Origin: Lepidodermella squamata
Taxonomy: Eukaryota; Animalia; Gastrotricha
Assembly: GCA_047495785.1 (NCBI GenBank)
Contig: JBLDXI010000025.1
Span: forward strand, 1,302,001 to 1,366,000
Length of the DNA stretch: 64,000 nt
Direction of reading: 5' to 3'
Positions 24,647 through 34,906 of the stretch are shown here, in pieces. The notes under the pieces were generated by a model that had not been told where the DNA came from, did not search any database, and worked only from the letters and a program-made list of their open reading frames with translations. The translations under genes and the position numbers were made by a program. Numbering within the stretch: the first letter of the stretch is position 1; the number at the start of each line of letters is the position of its first letter.

Positions 24647-25692
24647 TCAATAGACTAAATAAAACAGCGCAATGCCAATTATGACTTCATAAGTTGCAGG
24701 GTTGTGTAGAGCTGCTCTTGAAATTTTCGGGCAGACATCGCTGTGAGTGGAGAATATATCAAGACGGTCATCATTACAGTCATTCCCGCAGCAGGAACAT
24801 GTTTTTTCTCTGAACGAGTGCGTCAAGAGTTTCGAAGACGTTCCGCATTTCTCTGTTGCGATAGTTGATGCGCCCCATTTGTAGATTCCTCGATCGTCTT
24901 GCTCGACGTAAGATTTCTGTGAAGTATATTGTTAAATCAGATTGTTTGCAGTAGCAAAGTATCAAAATTACGTAGCACTGTTCGTATTCAGTAACTGGTG
25001 CCGTTACCGCCAAAGTTTGATCCAATTGAGCATTCTCATCCTGGTAAAAATGAGTTACAAGTTACAATAAAGGTGTGTGGAAAGGGGCCTTCGGTTAGCA
25101 TAGCTTTCAAAGGACAATTGAGTCTTTATTATGGATTTCCTTAGATGAAAGCTGAAAGTTGAATTTCGGAGCTGTAATGTGTTAAAATCCTTATTAAATT
25201 CAATGCAGTTGCCACTTACCAAATGTATCTTGCATTTCTTTGTGAATTTCGGCGAATCATTGCACATTTCATCCATTTTCTTGTTATTGCACCACTCGCC
25301 GCAGCAGGTGCAGATCGATGTATGCTCGTAAGTTGAAGCACCCTGGGCCGCAAATCCCGTCATTTCTATGCGATCCCCGCAGGTAAAGCTGGTATGCTTA
25401 TCGCCGCTCACCTCATCTTCGATACAGCGCCAGTTGTAGTGAATCGATTCAATCTCTTGTGCGTTTTGCCGGGAAATTTCCATGACCCGAACTTTCTGAA
25501 ACAATTTTATGATAATAAATAAGTATATTATTTTAATAGGAAACTAACCCCGCAAACTGAATGTCTATTAAGGCAGGCCGCTTTCTTAGATTCTCGAGGT
25601 AAAATCCCATTTGTCGACTGGGCTTGGAAGCACTGAGCAGAAATACCCTGGACAAAACTAACCAAAAATAATGTCGGAACAATGCAATACAT
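24647..25692 (-). CDS. Double three-finger-like protein TFD11, probable GPI anchor
   Basis: Exon 1 (not in the ORF track) MYCIVPTLFLVSFVQGISAQCF...VCG; CTCCGEWCN; last exon KSYVEQ...CSCCGNDCN...VIIGIALFYLVY*. Confidence 0.78.
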
Positions 25693-25882
25693 TTTTTATA
25701 TCGATGAAACCGCAAAAAATGGAAAAGTCTCAAAAAAACAGCCGACAATTTATTTTAATGATACCTAATTTGCATTTTGTCGCATAGAACATGCCCGGCA
25801 GTTTACTTAACTATTGTCTAATGGAATTTTTTCTGCATTTTTTAACAAAAAATAACTTATATAAAACAGACACATAAATTTG

Positions 25883-26907
25883 TTAAACTATGAGAGCGGC
25901 AAAGAGTAGTAGCCAGGCTGTGCTGAGAAGAGAATTGATTCGCATAGCTGAATTAATGCAAAATCGACTTCGAACATCGATCTTGTTCATCGCATGTCCG
26001 TTGCATTCACTGCCGCAGCATGTGCAAAAGTTGCCGTAACTTCCATCCGTCGATCTCGAGCTGCTGTTTGTCACGACTCCTTCGTCGCAGAGAAGATTAC
26101 CATGAAGACTGCTGGCAAACCACTCGTATTCAACCAACGCGCCAGCCTCTGTCATGTACTTTCGCGAAGATTTCTGTGAAATACCAAGTTTGATGCATAT
26201 AAGGTACAAATCATAGATAGTTTACCACACAATGCTGCTTAGCAGTGACTGGAACTTTGGCTGCCGTTTTCTCGTTCAATTTAGCCTTGTTCGTCTGAAA
26301 AATGAGGAATATTCAAAATAAAATGGCTATAGGAATGATTCGTCATGAATTTTCGTATAGAAGGGATAGCTGTAGAAATGAATTCGGCGATTTCATACCG
26401 AGTCAACGTAGCATTTCATCGTAGTATTGAAATCCGGATGTTCCTCGCACTCGCCATCCAAATCTTCATCGTTACACAAATGTCCACAGCAAGTGCAAAT
26501 CGACTTGTGGTAATAGATGTTGAGCTTCTTCGGCGCTTTCGCTGTTTTCTCAATCGTATTGCCGCATTTGATAAACGGAGTCGTCGGACCAAGGGGGAGA
26601 CAGCCCCAGGTGAAGTAAATCTTCGACGTCAAAACGTGACCAGAAGCTGTTAGAATTAGCTCTGCAGTTCTCGTTTTCTGTAAAAATATATTTTTTCCTA
26701 AAGTCTAACGATTTCCCTGCAACTTACGTAGCAAATCGCATGGGGAGTTTTGCATGATGTATTCTTGGCATCGACCGGAAAGTCGCCCTCAACTTTTGGC
26801 CATTTATTCGAGTAACAGTGAACGTCCTCAGCCGCGAAACTCGTTTCTGTTACATGTAATAACGCCAGTAATAACAAGAAAATTCTTGCTCTCGGTTTTT
26901 CAGCCAT
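25883..26907 (-). CDS. Double three-finger-like protein TFD12, probable GPI anchor
   Basis: MAEKPRARIFLLLLALLHVTETSFA signal; CTCCGHLCN; CTCCGSECN; NSA...LLSTAWLLLFAALIV end. Closest in motifs to TFD10. Confidence 0.8.
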
Positions 26908-27186
26908 CTCACAGTATAACTGTCAGGTAAGCGCTATCGCATTTAGATGTAATCATTACTGCGGATATATTTTTTTGTCTGTTTACATTTCTGCCACGTT
27001 CGTACGCGCAGCGCCAGCAAAACATTATTCCCGCCAATAGTTTTAAACAAAGGAAGCAGTCACTACATAGATACAGAGCTCATCATAAATCACTTACGAT
27101 ATTTAATTGCAGAATGATTTCTTTATTGCTTTTCGCATGATTTAATCAAACCGGGAAGATCGTAAATAAAAAGTCGAAAATAGGTT

Positions 27187-28149
27187 TTAACAACAAGGAA
27201 TTATTAGGCGAAAAGTGGCAATGAAGGGTAGCCCAATTGTGATTATTGAATGAATGAATGTACTGGTAGCTGCGCCAGCAAGAGACGAGGATATCCTACA
27301 AAAATGATCACTCGCTGTTATTCCGTCCATTGTTGAGTCGTTACACTCATTGCCGCAGCATGTGCAAGTCTTCTCGACGAAAGTGTTGACCTGAGAATAG
27401 GACATTTCGCTACAATTTCTTGCGGCAATTGATGAGGAGCCCCATTTATATACAACAGATCCTCTATCACTTCGAACTTTTTTCTAAAATAAAGAAATTA
27501 GGTTTAGCTCAAAAGTCAGCCCCAAATCGAAAGTCTTACATAGCAATGTTCATTAGCCGTAGCGGGAGCTGAAATTGCTTTCGTTAGGTTTAAAACAGGA
27601 TCATAGGCCTTAATTGAGAGAATATTTATTTCTGAAATTAGTAAACGAATTTTAGACTCACGGAGTAAATTTTGCATCTTTTCGTGAATTCGAGGTATCC
27701 AATACATTGGCTATCCATATCCTCACCATTGCACATATCTCCGCAGCAAGAACAGATTGAAATATGGTCGTAACTTTCAGCTTCGGTTGTTGTAATTGAG
27801 GTCTTCTCAACTTGCTCGCCGCAGTGGAAAACTGGCGCATTCATCTCCCAGCAGGTCCATCTGTACCAGACCTCAATCGACAAACCCGGGTCGCTTCGGT
27901 CCATTACTAAAGTCCGGACTTTCTAAAAAGAGTATCCATAGATTTGAGATTTCTAAATGAACAAGTTCTTACAGCACAAACTGCATATTGGGTTGCGCAA
28001 TATTTCTCCTCGGCATCATAAGGCAGCAGACCGTCACCATTATTTTGAGCAAAGTAGCAGCGAAGTCTGCAAGTAACGCCACGTAGCAACTGAAAAGCGA
28101 TGAATGAAACGGTGATTAAAACAAAATTTCTCGCAAACATCTGATGCAT
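27187..28149 (-). CDS. Double three-finger-like protein TFD13, probable GPI anchor
   Basis: MHQMFARNFVLITVSFIAFQLLRGVTC signal; CSCCGDMCN; CTCCGNECN; small-residue stretch followed by a hydrophobic end. Confidence 0.8.
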
Positions 28150-28475
28150 TATGGCATTTCAAGTATAGGAAATAATAATCAGTGCAGATATGCATACATA
28201 TGTTGGCACGCTTGTTGCCCGGCCTGCGGCACCTTGGCGCGTAACATCAATATTAGGTAGCAGATGAAAGCTGATGGCTGCTTATGTATAGATCAATCGG
28301 CGCATCAGCCGTAAACATTACTGACAAGACTGTTACTGTTTTTTCTGTATTTCCCGGCTTGATGATTATTCACTTACTCAATAAACGACTTGTACGAGGA
28401 GTCTATTTTGGCAAAACTAATGAGCTTTGTACTGAATCAACCAACGCTAAGATTTATTCACGGCAAAATATGAAT

Positions 28476-30747
28476 TCAAGAGAGGAGCGATTGTAGAATA
28501 ATAGGTAGGAAAACGGCAAAAAATACCGTGGAATGAGCGAAAATTAACAGTCCGAACGACCAAACAGCGTTAACCCATACTTGCTGATCAAGAGATATTG
28601 ATAGACCAATCGTCGCAAGGAAAATGAAAGCCGCATTCATAGTGCCGTATTTGAGCGCAATGAGATCATGCCTCAATTCTTGCGACACTTGGGCGCTTCT
28701 CGTTAGCAGAACTCGCACTAAAATGCTGAGGATTGCCGCGAAATTTATCGCACCGATGGAGATGGTCCAGTAAAATTGGCTGTTTGATCGGCATTGGCTG
28801 GTTTTTACGGCGTAGTATGAGTCTAAAACCTCGTCAAAAGACTCAGAACTTTGTTTAGTCTCGTTTACAGGCCTGTCAGCCATCATCCAAACAAAACAGA
28901 TCCCAAACGTCAATACTAGCACAGAAAAATTGATAAATCGATTGCTTGACACGTGTGATCTTATGGGGACGACTGTCTTTGAAGATTTTCTTCTAACCTT
29001 TAACATAGCCGATGATACTCTGGATAGGAACATGCCGGTTGCCGAGCTGATCATCGTGCTTTTGAAGACTCTTAATGCTGAAATGGTTAGAGATATTCCA
29101 ATCGAAACTAAGATGAATATGAATGGGCAGGTTACGTCGGAATTTCGAATTTGAAACAAAACTGAGGCTACATCTGTAACTAAGGTACCTGGCAAAAGAA
29201 TAACTAACAATTTCTTCTCCTTACTTCGTGGCATCTTAAATGTCGATTTGTAGATCAAAACACCGGCTATTACCGATAATTTACCGAGTGTAACCAAACC
29301 AATAATGATCCAGAACAAAATCGTCGAAGTTTCTGTGGAGTCAATAATCAACACTATGGACAGGTCTTTCGGGGGCCTCCCATTCCGAGTGGTCCAAATT
29401 ATGTCAGATAGCTGAACCAATTTGTGTTTCGAAGGGTCCGTAGAATCCGTCGGGTCTTTAAGTGGATACCAAGTCATAACTAGGTCTTTCTGCGTGCCGT
29501 TAATCCATTGGTTGATGTATACTATCTTACTGTCCCGTTCAAGGCGTTCTGAAAAATCCATGTTGTCGAAAAGCGACTCCATTTTGACGATCGAGGTACT
29601 GTGATTCGTGACTTTCATCACGACATCTGGGTGACGTGAAAAATCAGCCAATGTGAGGTTTGAGGTGTTGCGTAGTAGCTTTTCGGCAGTATCAAGTGCA
29701 AGCAAGGCATGCTGCATTGCATCGTGGCAGTTAAATCTCACCGAGTACTCCTGGCCCTGGTCATTATTTGTCATTACATTCAGCCTTCTATCGAATTCCT
29801 CAATGCTGTAACCGAGAGATATAGCTTTTGACCTGTTTGAAGACTCGCTAATCTCGCCTATCCTGAACGATATGTCCAGTTGTTGGATAAAGTCATTCCT
29901 TGAGCAATTACGTGGCAGGTCCATGGTCATGGCGTCGATGAGAGGTGCTATGAACAGAAAAACGTATTGTGAACCTCTAATCCCGGCAAAATAGGCTTCG
30001 CATAGAAATTTAGCGATGGATGGAGGGTCTTGAATAGTTACGATGAGAATTCTAACTTTGGACATCTTGATAGGGGCCATGAATTCTGAATTGAAATCAT
30101 CAGAAGCCCCGTTGAATAGTACGTCAAGTCCAGCTTTTTCCGCAGCAACTGAAACAAATGGTCCATAAGGAGGTAGTCGTGTTGAGATGACCAAACCGAT
30201 CTATACGGATAAATAAACGTAGCGAAAATTAGTTTTGGTGAAAAATACTCACCTGGCGCCATTTCCCAATCTCCTTCGCGAAGAGCATGAATTCGATAAC
30301 CATCAACTCTGCCGGGCGTGCGACTCGATATAAATTGGGGAAAGCGAAGCGATTCGCAGTGAAAAGTGCCCCGCCACATCGCGTTGAGATTTGAACATAG
30401 TTTAGACCACGTGCTATCGCAGCAATATTCTGGCAAGCGTTCATCGGCCCAACAATAATGGGCGCCTTCCTATTTGCCGTATTTCCGTCAAACGCTATCA
30501 AATTGCGAACCCCTGCAATCGTTTGTGCCCCCTCGTCAGCGTACTGAGCTGACAAAATATAGTCAGGTAGAATGAATGGGTTGGCATTGACCGCATCCAC
30601 AGCGATTTGCATCCCTGACGAACAGATCTTGCCATTTAAGGGGCTTGCGCCAGTTCGAGGAACAAGAGCAAGAATTGTCAAATTAAGCTTTAAGCTGGTA
30701 GCGGAATTCGTAGCAAAGAGGATACACAGAATTAACCTTAGACACAT
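28476..30747 (-). CDS. Class C (GABA-B-like) GPCR: Venus-flytrap ectodomain plus 7TM; intron 30201-30252
   Basis: Signal peptide; GMQIAVDAVNANPFILPDY.L, IIVGP, FPNLYRV.P, FLCEAY..G.RGSQYVF, W...G.PPKD; seven hydrophobic segments with C-P (TM3) and QCRS (ECL2); ends shortly after FLP. Confidence 0.85.
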
Positions 30748-31420
30748 CTCGGGGTCAAAAAAGACTCGAAAGAAATGTTGAACACCTCCGATTTTTTATT
30801 TGTCATCTTCCATACATTCTTAAGATCAGTTAAGAAATATTGATTTATTTATGTTTTCGCCTGACTCGGATAAATATAATTAGCAATATTGATGAAGCCT
30901 TCGTCACAAGAGGTTTTTGAGCTTTTTTAGAACTGATTTAGTACACGTTGTCGCTTTAAAGCTAGCGCGAAAAAACGGGTTCGATCAAATTCATTAGGAG
31001 AGGAGGATTTGTCAGTGCTGTAGTCGAATGATCAGCCATCTAGGAACGAATGAGCACAGGCACTAATGAACTGGACGCCCTAAAACTGCCTTGCGCACTC
31101 AAAGTAGTTTGAATGTTAGAATATGCAAAGTGCAAAAAGCGGTTGTCGATATCCAAAGGAACTCAACATTTCAACGTAGAACCTTTGTTCTGTCGATGTT
31201 CTGCCGAGGCCGTTCGATTTGAGCTGGAGTTATTGAACCCCAAACCTGATTCTAACTGTCAAAATTCTTCAGCTGCATGGCAACGAGCGGTCTATATCAA
31301 CAATTAAAGATCCCATGTAAACTATCCGTCAATTAAATCGAGTGAGACTTGAACCGTTCAGTCATTTCTTCAAAATAATTTAACGTCAATTGAATTTTTA
31401 TTCTATGGGCTGCAGCATCA

Positions 31421-32626
31421 TTATTGAAGGGGATTCATCATCTCAACCCTGTCGTCATTACCACCCGCCAACTGTCGCCGCAAGCGAAGAGCATAGAGTC
31501 TGAAACCATAAATATGAGATTTTAGAGAAGTTTCGGACATATACAACACACTTACCCCACGACGCCAAGTGAGCACAAGGCTACGAATAATAAAGAACCA
31601 AGAACTGCTCCTATGATGATTCCCAATTCATCACTAGGAGTCTCATTGGCATGAGTAGTTGTTTTTTCGGGATTTTCGGTGGGCGGGAGTGTTGTGTGCT
31701 CATCAGGGCTTTCAGAAGTTTGCGTAACAGGGCAATTCTGGTCGTCCAAAGTCATCGAGTCGTATTCATTTCCATTGCAACGATCTCCGCAACATGTGCA
31801 AACTTTTTCAATCATCGAAGCTTGATCTTTATACGCTGAAACTCCGCATTGGGGCGCGTTTATGCAGCCCCATGTGTAGCTATCTCCAACTTCAGGAATA
31901 CGCTGTCCAATTTTCTAGGTCAAAAAACATAGGATACTCTATCAAAGGTGCATAATGCATAACAGTTTCAAACCATGCACGCCTGAGATGAGGAACACTG
32001 AACCTGAGCTGCGTTAGCAGGAAGATTAGGGCTAATAGGAGTTCCGTCCTAGTATAAAGTCAGCATAAAAACCTTCAAGTTTTAAATAGCAAGGACTAAC
32101 ATCGGAATAGACAGATCCCGCATAGCAAGTTTTGTCAAAAACTGGCGGCTGGTTGCAGTCTTCATCCATCGTACTGTTATTACATTGTTCCCCGCAGCAA
32201 GTACACGCTCTGGAGTAGTAAACTGTAACCGGTCCGTCTGGCATAGCAGAACCTTGCGTGATTTCAAGGTGATCGCCGCACTGAACGTTGAGCAAAGCGT
32301 CGTAGGCTGGGCCGATTGGAGCACAGGTCCATTCCCATTTGACTCCATAACTTTCAACGCCGTTAATAATTTCGCTGTATCTCGTATAGATTTTCTGAAA
32401 AAATGTTAGTTTCAATTGTCTATTAGAATTCCTATTAGAGGCTCACCATGCACAAATCGTTCTCTGACTGACAGTCCTCGAGGGGAGCATCTTGCGGTAG
32501 TGAATGCCGACCAGTTTCATTCAGCGCAACTTCGTCTTGATATGAGTAGCATTTCTTGCCTGAAATCTGCTGAAAAGACAGTGCGATTACAACTGAAAAA
32601 CAAAACGCCAGCTCGAATTGGACCAT
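31421..32626 (-). CDS. Double three-finger-like protein TFD14, type I transmembrane
   Basis: MVQFELAFCFSVVIALSFQQISG signal; CTCCGEQCN; CTCCGDRCN; TM; tail LYALRLRRQLAGGNDDRVEMMNPLQ*. Confidence 0.8.
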
Positions 32627-33141
32627 TTTGAATCAATTATTAACTGAAATACGTTTTTTTATAGATTCTACATCAAATGAGTACTTTGCATTGCTGTGTC
32701 TTATCTGTCTCCTTCGTGCGTTATCTTTCGTTTTCTTGTTTCTTTTCTTGGGTAAGCTGATAGATATTACTAGTTGCGGATAACTCATCTGGCATGGTCG
32801 CGGCGTCGAATGTAGCCACTTATTTAGGCCTCGGCTTCTGGGTTTATCTCAAGAAACGATCTATCAGCGTGGAGGTTGACGCGTCAACATTTGAAGGCAG
32901 CCCCAGCAGGCTTAAAGCGAAGATTTCTGGGCTGAGGTAACGTGAACTGTCCTCTTCTGGATATTATGGCTCCTTAATCTTTGATAAAAATAAAATAAAT
33001 AAATGGTAGCTTATATTGCAACGATGCCCCAAATAATGCGGTGGGTGATGCAGTAGTCTTTTGCGGACAATCCATAGTCTCCATAGTTAGGCAATAACTC
33101 ATTTCTTGCCATCTTTATTAAAAACATTAGGCCAAATACAT

Positions 33142-34396
33142 TTATGTTGAAATGATGCTGCTTCGCGGTGATTTGCTTGCTGTTAATTGAGCTTTTAGTC
33201 GCAGTATGAGAAACCTAAGAAAAAATGCCGGAATTAGAATACATGGCTGAGTGAAAATTTGCTTACAAAAGGGCAAGCACAATGGCGAAGAGTAACAGAA
33301 ACAGTATCGCAAAAATGCTGCTTAGAACAATGATTACATCCTGTTTCACTGGCGGGCTGACGCTGAGGTATTCGTTTGTTGAATATGGCATAGATGATGC
33401 CTGGAAACTTGTCGCAGTAGTTTCCATTACTTGCAAAGTCGAATCCGACGAATTCTGAAGGATGAATGCTGAACTCGGTAGTGTCGTAGATGCAGGCCTA
33501 TCCATCTCGCAATAGCTATCATTCGCTGCGATTTGATCGAAACTCGGCCCATTGCATAAATCCCCACAGCAGGTGCAAACCTTTTCTGAATCCTCGCCGT
33601 ATTGTTGGTAGAGTTTCATATTACAAGTATCGGCTTGACCAATGACAGATTTAGGCTTGGTTATGCAGCCCCACTGGTAATTCGAAGATTGATTGGAGTA
33701 TGATACATATTTCTAAAAGCACTACAATTTTTAGCAGCCTAGTTGAAGTTGCGTGTTTCATACCAAACAAGTTTGCTTCTCTGTGCAAGGAATAACCACA
33801 GCAGTTGACGGTAAGGCAGAGCTATTTAAGGACTGTGAAGGCACTTTTAACCATAGAATATAACTAAGGGGAAATCTCACGTGATCATTTGATGAGTAGC
33901 ATTTGTGACTGAATACAGGCTCTTCATTGCATTTCTCGTCCATATCCTTCGCGCTGTTGCAAAGATCACCGCAGCATGTGCAGGCCCGTGTGTAGTAGAA
34001 CACGTCATGATCGGGAGAAATTTTAGAGCCTATACCTGTCTCCAGGCTGTCACCGCACTGGAAGCCATCAGACATAAGATTTCCATTCCTAGCGCATCCC
34101 CACTGGAAATAGGTACCATAAACTTTAGGCCCGCTTGCATCGCCAATCACAACTTTTGCATAGACTTTCTGTTTGAGAAAAATAGTAGGTCAATATCGAA
34201 AACTGGTTCGTCTGTTTACCATGCACATGGTTTCATTTTGACCGCAAGTTTTTTTTACAGCATTTTGAGGTAGGCGATTTGATTGTTTCGCGTTTGCTAT
34301 GAAAGATTCGGAGAAGGAGTAGCACTGAAGAGCGTGAGCTGGTGTTACGGAAAAGTAGGTCAAGGCTATAGTAAAGCTGACACTAAATAGGGACAT
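33142..34396 (-). CDS. Double three-finger-like protein TFD15, type I transmembrane
   Basis: MSLFSVSFTIALTYFSVTPAHA signal; CTCCGDLCN twice; Ser/Thr stalk; TM; tail FLILRLKAQLTASKSPRSSIIST*. Confidence 0.8.
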
Positions 34397-34906
34397 TTTA
34401 GTCCCAGCCCTTTGCGGTCTCCTCTTCATGAACTTGAATAAATGCTCAAGTGTGCAATTTTTTCCGCTCGATGTGATGAATAGGCGATGATCGATATAAT
34501 GATATCATGGCCGCCCCATGCGGCCACTTAGTCTTAGGGCCGGCGTCATTTTTTCTTGACTGGCACGTGTCTAGAATGACAATACGCTCAATTGCTGTCA
34601 CTAGCGTCATCGCCGCCCGCTTAAATCCCACAGGGGCCGGCGCTGTGTGTCTCACAATGCGGTTATGAAAACGTTATTCACGCGCTAACTTGCACTTACG
34701 CGCGAATGGTTCACCGGTGAGAAATTGAGACGCGAACAAAGGAAACGCGCAGGAATGAATGACTATCTCTAGATAATGACACTCTCATTGTGTGAAATTG
34801 CTTGCATACCTCTGAATGGGCAATTTTCTTCAAAGAATTAGCTAAAAATTCAACCAACACACTACATGAAAATCGATCATTTATTCTTCTCACGCAATGC
34901 ACTTAG

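Noticed and set aside
14605-28149. Interpreting the regularly repeated Cys-motif units as a CRISPR-like or prokaryotic repeat system, or as snake-type secreted toxins
   Set aside because: They are spliced eukaryotic protein-coding paralogues without identical DNA repeats, and all carry membrane anchors, unlike secreted three-finger toxins.
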